Below, piece after piece: positions 19,154 to 28,134 of a stretch of 64,000 nucleotides of DNA (the first letter of the stretch is position 1; the number at the start of each line of letters is the position of its first letter). The position numbers and the translations under genes are program-made. The notes under the pieces are model-generated. The model saw only the letters and a program-made list of their open reading frames with translations. It was not told the origin of the DNA and did not search any database. The stretch comes from Gemmatimonadota bacterium (lineage in GTDB: Bacteria > Gemmatimonadota > Gemmatimonadetes > JACCXV01): contig DATBJW010000008.1 of the NCBI GenBank assembly GCA_036556205.1, positions 1,977 to 65,976 on the forward strand, read 5' to 3'.

Positions 19154-20460
19154 CCTTAGGCGCCGATTCCCGCTTGCCCCAGCCCTGCTTGCGCGCCGGA
19201 GCCGCCCGTGCCCCGGCAGGCCGGGACCGCCGTCTGGCCGCCGCCGCGTGGCTCGTTCTCGCCGTGGTTGTCGGCGCCTGCTCCGAGGACGACGAGAACC
19301 CGGTCGGGGCGGACGAGCTTCCCCAGCTCAGCGATTCGATCCAGGAGGTCGTCCTCTTCCCGGTTCAGGCCACGAGCTTCGAGACGCCTTCCTCGGACCG
19401 CGTGTTCGGGGACACCCTCGTCGCGGCCCAGGACCTGCCCGACGCGGCGGGGTACGAGAGCCGCGTGCTGATGCGCTTCGCGCTCGCCATCGCCGACACG
19501 TCACGCGGTCCCGTGACCGTGGACAGCGCGCAGGTGCGGCTGCTCGTCACGAGCGTGGCGCCCGACTCGCTGCGCTTCGTCCTGAATCGGGTGACCGAGA
19601 GCTGGAGCGAGGAGGAGGTGTCCTGGGACGAGCGGAGCTTCGGCGTTCCGTGGTCCACGCCCGGCGTGACCTTCGATCCCACGCCCGTGCTGGAGGGCAC
19701 GCTCGTCGCCGACAGCTCGTTCTTCTCGCTTCCCGACACCCTGGTCCAGCGCTGGCTCGACGAGCCCCAGAGCAACGCGGGTCTCGTGCTGCGCGTGGAG
19801 ACCGCGGGCGGCGCAGGACGCTTCCGGGCCGCGAGCACGACCGGCCTCACGAACGAGAACGGCCCCCGGATACGCTTGTTCCTGACGGTCGGCGACTCGT
19901 CGTCGGTGGCCGGCGTGCTGGCCACGAACGACGCCTACGTCACGGAGTTCCGGGGCACGACCCTGCCCGGGATCACCGTAGGCGTCGACCCCTTCGTGCG
20001 CAGCCTGCTCAAGTTCGACCTGAGCGCCGTTCCCCCCAACGCGAGCATCAACCTGGCCGAGCTGCGCCTCGTTCCGCGGCAGGTCGTGACCCCACTCGAC
20101 TCGCTGCGTCTCGAGCTGCGACGCGTCGTGAGCCCCGAGCTCGGCGGCGGGACGGTCTTCACGAACAACGACGTCTTCATCGTCGTCTCGGACACGATCC
20201 GGGCCGACTCGGCGATCACGATCACGTCGGTCAGGCTCTCCGCGCTCGTGCGCCTCTGGCAGGCGAGTGCCACCTTCAACCAGGGCCTGGGCCTGCAGAC
20301 CCAGCGTCGCAACCCCGCCGCGGGCGCCAACCTGGTGCCCAGCGGGAATCTCGGCTTCGCCGTCTTCGGCGACGCCTCGGCGCCGCTGGAGGACCAACCC
20401 CGGCTGCGGATCATCTTCACGCCGGCTTTGCAGTCCGACCTGGATCGCGCGCGCCGATGA
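19150..20460 (+). CDS. Lipoprotein with two tandem DNRLRE-like beta-sandwich domains
   Basis: In frame in ORF 18691..20460. Candidate starts are GTG 19150 (GTGA overlap with cdd), TTG 19174 and TTG 19189. The lipobox-like LAVVVGAC has its Cys codon at 19279-19281. Two repeats share the pattern (R.L.F.L ... A.L.L ... RV...W.E..V.W / GLxLxxE). The family assignment is tentative. Confidence 0.6.
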   Translation: MTLGADSRLPQPCLRAGAARAPAGRDRRLAAAAWLVLAVVVGACSEDDENPVGADELPQLSDSIQEVVLFPVQATSFETPSSDRVFGDTLVAAQDLPDAAGYESRVLMRFALAIADTSRGPVTVDSAQVRLLVTSVAPDSLRFVLNRVTESWSEEEVSWDERSFGVPWSTPGVTFDPTPVLEGTLVADSSFFSLPDTLVQRWLDEPQSNAGLVLRVETAGGAGRFRAASTTGLTNENGPRIRLFLTVGDSSSVAGVLATNDAYVTEFRGTTLPGITVGVDPFVRSLLKFDLSAVPPNASINLAELRLVPRQVVTPLDSLRLELRRVVSPELGGGTVFTNNDVFIVVSDTIRADSAITITSVRLSALVRLWQASATFNQGLGLQTQRRNPAAGANLVPSGNLGFAVFGDASAPLEDQPRLRIIFTPALQSDLDRARR

Positions 20461-21695
20461 TACGTCCCGTCGCGCTCGCGCTCCTCGCCGGGCTGCTGGC
20501 GGCCGGCGGCCTCGCGCGTCCGCGTGCAGTTTTTGCGCAAGAGTCGGTGTTCGGATCGCTGGGCTTCGGCCTGCCCGAGGACGGCCTGAGCGTGCGCAGC
20601 CGGGGCATGGGGAACGCCGGCTCGGCGCTGCCCGGGATCCACTTCAGCTTCCGCAACCCGGCCGCGCTCGCCGTCTTCGACCGGAGCGGGCTCTCCCTGG
20701 GTGCGGTGCTCCAGACCCGCAAGCCCGAGGACGCCAACGCCGACTCGCGTCAGAACGACAGCGAGGTTCCCTTCGCCCAGCTGGCGTTCCCGCTGGGCCA
20801 CGGCCTGGTCCTGGGCGGCGGCTACTACCGCTACCTGGACTTCGACGGCTTCGTGGACACGTTCACGACGTTCCGCGGGGAGAGCCTGGCGACGCGGCTC
20901 GAGTCGGACGGCGGCGTGAGCGTCCTGTCGCCCCAGCTGGCCTTCCGCCTGAACCGCTACCTGCGTGTGGGCGGAGGTGTCGATTTCTACACCGGCTCGC
21001 GCGAGCTCAGGCGCCGGATCGAGTTCGATCCGGACCTCGGCGTTCCGACGACAGACTCGCTCGCCTTCGGCCTCGGCGGCACCGGCTTCACCGTCGGCGC
21101 TCAGATCGCGCCCACGCGCCGTCTGATCCTGGCCGCCAGCTACCGCTCGTCCGTGACGCTGGACGGCGATGAGGAGTTCGGGCCCGGCTTCGACCGCGAT
21201 CAGTCCGACGCCGACACGGTCGGAGGTCGCCAGATCGACGTGGATCTGCCGGCCACGCTGGCCGGCGGCATCAGCTATCGCTTCGGGCGCGGCGTGGTGG
21301 TCGCGGCCGACGTCGAGAGCGCGAGCTGGGGCGACTTCGGGATCGACGGCCGGAAGGATCCCGACTCCCAGGACACCTTCGGCGCCTCCTTCGGCGTCGA
21401 GTACGCGTTCCCCCGGCGCCTCTGGGTCCTGCCCGAAGGCACGATGCTGCGCCTCGGGGCGCGCACGCGCGAGCTGCCCCAGCGCTTCGGGGGAGAGAGC
21501 GTCCGCGAGCGGGCCGCGACCTTCGGGCTCGGGCAGCTGATCGGCATCGGTGCCACCGCCATGGACCTGGCACTCGAGGTGGGGAAGCGCGGCAGTCTCG
21601 ACTCGAACGGCCTCGCCGAGAGGTTCGTGCGCTTCGCCGTCTCGCTCTCGGCCTTCGAGAAGTGGGCCAGCCGCACGCCCGGACCCCCGCAGTGA
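20457..21695 (+). CDS. Outer-membrane beta-barrel protein (FadL/PorV-like)
   Basis: ATG 20457 overlaps the upstream stop (ATGA). The signal peptide is LALLAGLLAAGGLARPRAVFA|QE. The N-terminal motif SRGMGNAGSALPG..FRNPAAL, alternating amphipathic strands and aromatic-rich strand ends support a barrel. Confidence 0.6.
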   Translation: MIRPVALALLAGLLAAGGLARPRAVFAQESVFGSLGFGLPEDGLSVRSRGMGNAGSALPGIHFSFRNPAALAVFDRSGLSLGAVLQTRKPEDANADSRQNDSEVPFAQLAFPLGHGLVLGGGYYRYLDFDGFVDTFTTFRGESLATRLESDGGVSVLSPQLAFRLNRYLRVGGGVDFYTGSRELRRRIEFDPDLGVPTTDSLAFGLGGTGFTVGAQIAPTRRLILAASYRSSVTLDGDEEFGPGFDRDQSDADTVGGRQIDVDLPATLAGGISYRFGRGVVVAADVESASWGDFGIDGRKDPDSQDTFGASFGVEYAFPRRLWVLPEGTMLRLGARTRELPQRFGGESVRERAATFGLGQLIGIGATAMDLALEVGKRGSLDSNGLAERFVRFAVSLSAFEKWASRTPGPPQ

Positions 21696-21710
21696 GCGGG
21701 CGGACCTAGC

Positions 21711-22514
21711 GTGGACCTTCTGCGCGCGCTGCTGCTGGGAATCGTCGAGGGTGCGACCGAGTTCATTCCCGTATCGTCGACGGGGCATTTGATCCTGGCG
21801 GGACACTGGCTCGCCTTCACGGGGGAGCGGGCCAAGGTATTCGAGGTGGTCATCCAGGTCGGGGCGATCCTGGCCATCGTCTGGCTCTACCGGGGCACGT
21901 TCATCCGTTTGGCTCTCGGCTGGCCGCGGGACGCGGCGGCCCAGCGCCTGCTGCGCAACCTCGCGATCGCGTTCCTGCCGGCGGCCGTGGTCGGTTTCCT
22001 CACGCATCGCTTCATCCAGACCTACCTGTTCGACCCCCGGATCGTGGCCTGGGCGCTGGTCGTGGGCGGTGTGGCGATGCTGATCGTCGAGCGCCGGGCC
22101 CCTCCGGCGCGGATCGCGACCGTCGACGAGCTCCCCCCGCGGACGGCCCTCGGAATCGGGCTCGCGCAGGTCCTGGCGCTCATCCCCGGCGTCTCCCGCT
22201 CGGCTGCGACGATCATGGGCGGTCTCGGGCTGGGGCTCTCGCGTCCGGCGGCGACGGAGTTCTCGTTCTTCCTCGCCGTTCCGGTCATCCTGGCCGCGGG
22301 AGGCTTCGATCTGGTCGCCAACCTGGGCGTGCTGACCGCGCGCGACCTGCCCCTGTTCGCCGTCGGCCTGGCGACCTCCTTCGTCGCGGCGCTGATCGTC
22401 GTCCAGATCTTCGTGCGCTTCGTGTCGCGGCATCGTTTCACGGGGTTCGCCTGGTATCGCATCGTGGTGGGCGTCTTGCTCCTGGCGCTGTTCGGGTGGG
22501 GTCCCGCCGCTTGA
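21711..22514 (+). CDS. uppP: Undecaprenyl-diphosphate phosphatase
   Basis: BacA motifs are present: GIVEGATEFIPVSSTGHLIL and PGVSRSAATIMGGL. Confidence 0.93.
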   Translation: MDLLRALLLGIVEGATEFIPVSSTGHLILAGHWLAFTGERAKVFEVVIQVGAILAIVWLYRGTFIRLALGWPRDAAAQRLLRNLAIAFLPAAVVGFLTHRFIQTYLFDPRIVAWALVVGGVAMLIVERRAPPARIATVDELPPRTALGIGLAQVLALIPGVSRSAATIMGGLGLGLSRPAATEFSFFLAVPVILAAGGFDLVANLGVLTARDLPLFAVGLATSFVAALIVVQIFVRFVSRHRFTGFAWYRIVVGVLLLALFGWGPAA

Positions 22515-22538
22515 CAACCTCCTTCGAGGGGGTAGAAT
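22511..22538 (+). promoter_or_regulatory. Sigma-70-like promoter upstream of secDF
   Basis: TTGACA (22511-22516), a 16-nt spacer, then TAGAAT (22533-22538). It lies in an AT-richer patch 54 nt upstream of the secD TTG start. Confidence 0.5.
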
Positions 22539-22591
22539 CAACGCTCCCTTGAACGACCCTCCGTTCCGGCGCCCGCGCGCACGAGGCCTCC

Positions 22592-24436
22592 TTGTTCCGT
22601 AACCTGAAGCTGCGCTTCGCGCTGATCACGGCGCTGATCCTGCTGTCCCTCTGGTATCTGATCCCCACGATCCGCCTCTACAGCATGACTCCCGCGGAGC
22701 GGCAGGAGCTGGCCCAGCGCGACCCCGAGACCTTCCAGAAGCTCAAGGAAAGGGCGATCAAGCTCGGCCTCGACCTCCAGGGCGGGATGCACCTGGTGCT
22801 CGAGATCGACGAGACGAACCGCAAGCTCGCTCCCGAGGAGAAGCGCCGCGCCCTGGACCAGATCCTCGAGGTGATCCGCAACCGCGTGAATCAGTTCGGC
22901 GTGGCCGAGCCCGTGATCCAGAAGGTGGGCGACGACCGGATCATCGTGGAGCTCCCCGGGGTCGAGAACGAGGCGCGCGCCAAGGAGCTCGTCCAGCAGG
23001 CCGCCTACCTCGAGTTCAAGCTCGTGCACGACACGCGCGAGGCGGCGGCTCTCATCCAGCGGCTGGACGCGGCGCTGCGGTCGGCGCGCGCGCGGGGCGA
23101 GGCTCCGGCGGCGGACTCGCTCGCCGTTGGGGCGCAAGCGACCGCCGCCCCCGCGCCGACGGGCGCGACCGCGCGCCCCGCCGCGCCTCCGGCGCCGACG
23201 GACACCGCACCGCGCGCGCCCACCGCGCCTCCGCCCGCGCCCCCTCCGGCGCGGGCCGACACAGCCGGTCAGAAGGCCGACACGTCACGGGAGGTGGGCG
23301 ACCTCGAGTCCTTGATCCGAGGCGACACGGGCGCGCCGGCCGAGAGCGCCGCGGCGGCGACCGCCCCGGAGGGTGAGGAGACGTTCTCGACCTTGATCCA
23401 GGTCGATCCCTCCTCGGGCGACATGGTGGTCCCGGTGGACGCGATCCCCAAGGTGAAGGGCTGGCTGGCCCTGCCGAGCGTACGGGCGGCGATTCCCGAC
23501 GACGTCGAGCTCCTGTTCAGCAGCGGTTCGGGCGAGCAGATCCAGTTCAGCGACGGCAAGACCTACCAGCGGGTCTATCTGGTCGACAAGAAGCCGCTCA
23601 TGACCGGCGAGTACATCGCCACCGCCAACGCAGGCTTCGACACCCAGTTCCAGAACCGGCCGATCGTCTCCCTCACGATGACGCCCCGCGGGCGCGCCCT
23701 GTTCGCGCGGATCACGGGCGCCCACGTGAACGACCGGCTGGCGATCGTGCTCGACGGCGTGGTCCGCATGGCGCCCCGCATCATCCAGCGCATCGCCGAA
23801 GGGCGCGCGCAGATCACGGGCTTCGACTCGCCTCAGGACGCGAACGTGATCTCGATCGTGCTCCAGGCCGGCGCACTGCAGGCGCCGGTCAAGGTGATCG
23901 AGGAGCGCACGGTCGGCCCCACGCTGGGCTCCGACTCGATCCAGGCCGGTCGGCGGGCCTTCATCATCGGTCTGGTGGTGGTCGTGCTGTTCATGGTCAT
24001 CTACTACCGGTGGTCGGGTGCGATTGCCGACTTCGCCCTGATCCTCAACACGCTCTTCCTGCTGGCCGCCCTGGTGCTCCTGCGCGCCACGCTGACGCTT
24101 CCGGGCATCGCCGGGGTCATCCTGACCGTCGGCATGGCCATCGACGCGAACGTTCTGATCTTCGAGCGCGTGCGCGAGGAGCTGGACGCCGCCAAGAGCG
24201 TGCGCGCGGCACTCGACCTCGGCTACGAGAAAGCCTGGGCCACGATCCTCGACTCGCACGTCACGACGCTCATCGTGGGGATCGTCCTGCTTCAGTTCGG
24301 AACCGGGCCCGTCAAGGGATTCGGCATCACGCTCTGCATCGGCATCGTGTTCAGCCTGTTCACGGCGATCTTCGTGACGCGCGCGATCTTCGACGCCTGG
24401 TTGCTCTACCGCTCGCCTCGCGCGCTGTCGATCTGA
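22592..24436 (+). CDS. secD: Protein translocase subunit SecD
   Basis: TTG start preceded by GAGG. The N-terminus is MFRNLKLRFALITALILLSLWYL. Further evidence is LGLDLQGGMHLVLE and a C-terminal 6-TM RND-like core. The periplasmic domain carries a long Pro/Ala-rich insertion. Confidence 0.93.
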   Translation: MFRNLKLRFALITALILLSLWYLIPTIRLYSMTPAERQELAQRDPETFQKLKERAIKLGLDLQGGMHLVLEIDETNRKLAPEEKRRALDQILEVIRNRVNQFGVAEPVIQKVGDDRIIVELPGVENEARAKELVQQAAYLEFKLVHDTREAAALIQRLDAALRSARARGEAPAADSLAVGAQATAAPAPTGATARPAAPPAPTDTAPRAPTAPPPAPPPARADTAGQKADTSREVGDLESLIRGDTGAPAESAAAATAPEGEETFSTLIQVDPSSGDMVVPVDAIPKVKGWLALPSVRAAIPDDVELLFSSGSGEQIQFSDGKTYQRVYLVDKKPLMTGEYIATANAGFDTQFQNRPIVSLTMTPRGRALFARITGAHVNDRLAIVLDGVVRMAPRIIQRIAEGRAQITGFDSPQDANVISIVLQAGALQAPVKVIEERTVGPTLGSDSIQAGRRAFIIGLVVVVLFMVIYYRWSGAIADFALILNTLFLLAALVLLRATLTLPGIAGVILTVGMAIDANVLIFERVREELDAAKSVRAALDLGYEKAWATILDSHVTTLIVGIVLLQFGTGPVKGFGITLCIGIVFSLFTAIFVTRAIFDAWLLYRSPRALSI

Positions 24437-24438
24437 CC

Positions 24439-25503
24439 GTGCTGCGCTTCTTCAAGAATCCGAAGATCCCGTTCATCGAGTGGCGGCACTACGCGTACAT
24501 CTTGTCGCTGCTGCTGCTGGTGCCCGGGACCGCCTCGCTCCTCCTCAAGGGCGGGCCGCGCTACGGCATCGACTTCACCGGCGGGACCCTGGTCCAGCTG
24601 CGCTTCGAGCGGGAGGTGCCGCTGGACAAGCTGCGCGGGCGTCTGGCCGACGTGGAGCTGGGCACCTTCGAGCTGGAGCGCTTCGGCGATCCGCGCGAGG
24701 TCGTGATCCGGGCCAAGGAGCAGGCCGGACGCGCCTCCGAGCTGGCGCAGCGCATCGAGGCGGCGATCCGCCAGGACCCCGAGCTGGCCTCGAACGAGTT
24801 CGAGGTCGTGCGCGTGGACGCGGTGGGCCCCAAGATCGGGAGCGAGCTGCAGCGAAAAGCGATCCTGGCCATCGTCTATTCCTGGTTGTTCATCAACCTC
24901 TACGTCTACTTCCGCTTCAAGGGCTTCAAGTACGGGGTCACGACGGTCATCGCGCTGATCCACGACTCGCTGGTCGTGATCGGCGTCTTCTCGCTGCTCG
25001 ATAAGGAGATCACCCTCGACGTCATCGCCGCCATCCTGACCATCATCGGGTACTCCGTGATGGACTCGATCGTGGTCCTGGACCGGATCCGGGAGAAGAT
25101 GCGCAGCCGGACGCGCGCTTCGCTGGTGGAGACCATCGACCGCGCGATCAACGAGACCCTGTCCCGGACGGTGATCACGAGCGGCCTCACCCTGCTCGTG
25201 GTCCTCTCCCTGCTGTTCTTCGGCGGTCGCGTCATCCACGACTTCGCCTTCGCGCTGCTGGTGGGGATCGTGGCCGGGAGCTACTCGTCCATCTTCGTCG
25301 TGGCGCCGCTGCTGGTCGAGTGGGAGGCGTTCATGCGGAAGCGGAGAGGCGGCGGCGGCGAAGTCGATTCGAAAGGCGTCGCCTCGCCCGCCCCCGCGAC
25401 TCCCGACGGCGTCTCGAGCTCCACGGAGCGGGAGAAGTCGCCGCAGCCGGCGGGGCGCGCTTCGAGGGCCCAGCGACGCTCGCGCTCACGACGGGGAAGG
25501 TGA
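24439..25503 (+). CDS. secF: Protein translocase subunit SecF
   Basis: GTG 24439 is in frame in ORF 24010..25503, 2 nt after the secD stop. Motifs GIDFTGGTLVQL and IHDSLVVIGVFSL are present, followed by a basic C-terminal tail. Confidence 0.92.
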   Translation: MLRFFKNPKIPFIEWRHYAYILSLLLLVPGTASLLLKGGPRYGIDFTGGTLVQLRFEREVPLDKLRGRLADVELGTFELERFGDPREVVIRAKEQAGRASELAQRIEAAIRQDPELASNEFEVVRVDAVGPKIGSELQRKAILAIVYSWLFINLYVYFRFKGFKYGVTTVIALIHDSLVVIGVFSLLDKEITLDVIAAILTIIGYSVMDSIVVLDRIREKMRSRTRASLVETIDRAINETLSRTVITSGLTLLVVLSLLFFGGRVIHDFAFALLVGIVAGSYSSIFVVAPLLVEWEAFMRKRRGGGGEVDSKGVASPAPATPDGVSSSTEREKSPQPAGRASRAQRRSRSRRGR

Positions 25504-25659
25504 CGCATTCTCGGACAGCCCCGCAGCGGCGCGGGATGGCCCGGTGCGACGGGCGGATGGCTTCGCGGGGTGATCCCGTCCTGGCCAGAGGTGTATCTTC
25601 CTACCAAAGCCCCATGCAGACCGCCCCGGCCATCGGACGGGAGTCCGTCTCCCGTAGGG

Positions 25660-25707
25660 CCGGCGCCGGATGGGGCCGGCCGGCCGGCGCCGGTAGGCTG
25701 TTTGTTT
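25660..25707 (+). terminator. Possible intrinsic terminator downstream of secF
   Basis: A 10-bp stem forms between ccggcgccgg (25660-25669) and ccggcgccgg (25684-25693). It is followed by taggctgtttgttt, a split T-run that starts 7 nt after the stem. Confidence 0.3.
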
Positions 25708-25822
25708 GGCGGTTCGGCTCCGGGGCATCGCGTTGGATGCCTCGACCCGCGGCTTCGCGACCCGCGCCAGCCCGGCGGATGACCCCGTCCTCGTACGACT
25801 CGGAAAAGGATCGAACTCGCCC

Positions 25823-26863
25823 GTGAGCACCGATCTCGCCACGCCGGCGCCCACCGCCGTCGCCGTCCTCATCCCTTGCTACAACGAGGCGCTCACGATC
25901 GCCGACGTGGTGCGCGAGTTCCGCGAACAGCTCCCCGAAGCGGCGATCTACGTCTTCGACAACAACTCGACCGACGGAACCGCCGAGCGGGCCCGCCGGG
26001 CCGGAGCGATCGTGATGACCGAGCGGCGGCAGGGGAAGGGCTACGTCGTCCAGTCCATGTTCCAGATGATCGAGGCCGACATCTACGTCATGGTCGACGG
26101 GGACGGCACGTATCCGCCGTCCAATGTGGGGGCCTTGATCGCTCCGGTGCGCGACGCCGAGGCCGACATGGTGATCGGCTCGCGCCTGCACGCCCTCTCC
26201 CACAGCCAGTTCAAGCTGCTGAACCTCTTCGGCAACACCTTCTTTCTCGCGTTGCTGAACTGGATGTTCAACGCCAAGCTGACGGACCTGCTCTCGGGCT
26301 ACCGCGCGTTCAGCCGGCGGTTCGTCAAGAGCGTTCCGCTCTCGGGAGGCGGATTCGAGATCGAGGCCGAGCTCACGATCAAGGGGCTGGAGCGAGGCTA
26401 CAGGATCGTGGAGGTCCCCGTGGATCTGGGCAAGCGCCCACGGGGCAGCCACTCCAAGATCCGCCTGGTCCAGGACGGCCTCCTGATCCTGAACACGATC
26501 CTGGCGCTCTTCCGCGACAACAAGCCGCTCACGTTCTTCGGCAGCACGGGGATCCTGCTCACGGGAGTGGCGGTGATCCTCGCGGTGACGCTGATCGTCG
26601 GGCACCATGATCCCGGCTCGCAATCGCAGCTGATCGCCACGGTCGTGGCCTCGGCCCTGTTCATCGCCGGCCTGCTGCTGATGGTGGTCGGGCTCGTGCT
26701 GCACACCATCGTCCGCAAGTTCCAGGAGCTCTCCCACCTCGAGACGCTCGCCTATCATCGGGCGTTGGCCGGCATCGAGGAGCGCGTCGCGCGGGAGGGT
26801 GACGGGCGAGCCGCGGCACGGACCCACGACCGGGACGCCGACCCCACGAGCGTGGCACGGTGA
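25823..26863 (+). CDS. Family-2 glycosyltransferase with C-terminal TM pair (polyprenyl-phosphate sugar synthase, GtrB/ArnC/DPM1-like)
   Basis: Motifs are VLIPCYNEALTIADVV, FDNNSTDGT and MVDGDGTYP, with two C-terminal TM helices. AGGA lies 12 nt upstream of GTG 25823. TTG 25706 is an alternative start: GC3 is high from 25706 to about 25790. Confidence 0.85.
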   Translation: MSTDLATPAPTAVAVLIPCYNEALTIADVVREFREQLPEAAIYVFDNNSTDGTAERARRAGAIVMTERRQGKGYVVQSMFQMIEADIYVMVDGDGTYPPSNVGALIAPVRDAEADMVIGSRLHALSHSQFKLLNLFGNTFFLALLNWMFNAKLTDLLSGYRAFSRRFVKSVPLSGGGFEIEAELTIKGLERGYRIVEVPVDLGKRPRGSHSKIRLVQDGLLILNTILALFRDNKPLTFFGSTGILLTGVAVILAVTLIVGHHDPGSQSQLIATVVASALFIAGLLLMVVGLVLHTIVRKFQELSHLETLAYHRALAGIEERVAREGDGRAAARTHDRDADPTSVAR

Positions 26864-28134
26864 CGACCGGAGGGCTAGGCTCCATCGCCCCTGCCGGGCG
26901 CGAGCTCGATCCGCCCTCGAGCGGCCGGCGGGCTGGACCGTGGTTGGCCCTCATCTTCGCGGTCGCCCTCGCGCTGCGCCTCGGGTTCGTCTTCGCGCTG
27001 GACCCCGACCGCATCTACTTCCCGGACAGCATCGACTACCTGAAGGCCGCCGAGAGCATCCTGCATGGCGGCGGATTCGGCGAGACCTACAAGCGCCCGC
27101 CGCTCTACTCGGTGTTCCTGGCCGGCATCCTGGCGGTCGGCGGCGGAAAGCTCGTGGTCGTGAAGATCGTCGAGGCGATCCTCGGCGCCGTGACGGTCCT
27201 GGTCGTCTACCAGCTGGCGAAGGCCGGCTGGGGGCGCAACGTGGGGTTGATCGCGGCCGGGCTGGTGGCCGTTCACCCCTATCTGTTCGTGCTCAGCGCG
27301 TTCGTGTATTCCGAGATCATGTTCACCTTGCTGATGCTGCTCGCGACCTGGCTGCTCCTGCGGGCCGGGGATTGGAGGGGGGTCGCGCTGGCGGGCTTCC
27401 TGGGGGGTCTCGCCTGCCTGGCACGCCCGGCGGCCATGGGCTTCCTCGCCGCCGGCGCCCTGTGGCTCGTGATGGCAGGGACGGAAGGCCTGCGCCGGAG
27501 AGTCGGCCTGTCGCTCGTCCTGCTCCTCAGCGGGGCGTTCATCATCGCGCCCTGGCTGTCGCGGAACTACAACGAGTTCGGGGCCCTCACGCCCCTGGAC
27601 GCCCGTTCGGACGTGCACCTGCCCTACAAAGTGGATGGGCGCTTCGTCTCCAAGCTGGAGTACCTTCAGGTCTGGAAGGCGACCCACCCCATCAGCCACG
27701 AGAGGCCCGTGCTCGACATCGTGCGCTCGCCGGGGGCCTACGCCGTCTACGTGGCCGGACAGCTCAAGGCCTTCTGGACGATCGAGCCGGACGAGCTGCA
27801 GACCTCCAGCGAGGTGATCCGGGAGAGGGCCGCCGCCCACGACCCCAGGATGATCGTCCAGAACCATCCGTCCGTGATGGTGGCGCGGTACGGCTGGGTG
27901 CTGGGGATCCTGCTGGCGCCGTACTACGTGCTCGCCGTCGTGGGGGCCTTCGCGGCGCGGAAGCGCTTCCGCGAGTACTCGCTCTACCTGCTCATCATTC
28001 TCAGCTTCGCGTTCGGCTACGCGATGTTCTTCGGGCGCCTCCGCTACCGTCTTCCCATCGAGCCCTACGTGGCGATCTTCGCAGCCGTCGGCATCCAGAC
28101 CCTGGGTGCTCTGCGCGGACGCCGCCGTGGCTAG
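26860..28134 (+). CDS. Family-39/83-type membrane glycosyltransferase (PMT_2 / ArnT-like)
   Basis: The start overlaps the GT2 stop (GTGA). The product is polytopic, with an N-terminal loop LDPDRIYFPDSIDYLKAAESILHGGGF..YKRPPLY typical of GT-C enzymes that use polyprenyl-phosphate sugars. Confidence 0.75.
   Translation: MTTGGLGSIAPAGRELDPPSSGRRAGPWLALIFAVALALRLGFVFALDPDRIYFPDSIDYLKAAESILHGGGFGETYKRPPLYSVFLAGILAVGGGKLVVVKIVEAILGAVTVLVVYQLAKAGWGRNVGLIAAGLVAVHPYLFVLSAFVYSEIMFTLLMLLATWLLLRAGDWRGVALAGFLGGLACLARPAAMGFLAAGALWLVMAGTEGLRRRVGLSLVLLLSGAFIIAPWLSRNYNEFGALTPLDARSDVHLPYKVDGRFVSKLEYLQVWKATHPISHERPVLDIVRSPGAYAVYVAGQLKAFWTIEPDELQTSSEVIRERAAAHDPRMIVQNHPSVMVARYGWVLGILLAPYYVLAVVGAFAARKRFREYSLYLLIILSFAFGYAMFFGRLRYRLPIEPYVAIFAAVGIQTLGALRGRRRG

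Noticed and set aside
25570-25782. 70-aa plus-strand ORF (and overlapping minus-strand ORFs) in the secF-GT2 spacer as a small protein gene.
   Set aside because: Third-position GC is only moderate, far below the level of real genes here. There is no Shine-Dalgarno sequence, the translation is Pro/Gly/Arg-rich with no motif, and it overlaps the hairpins, which are more plausibly RNA structure.
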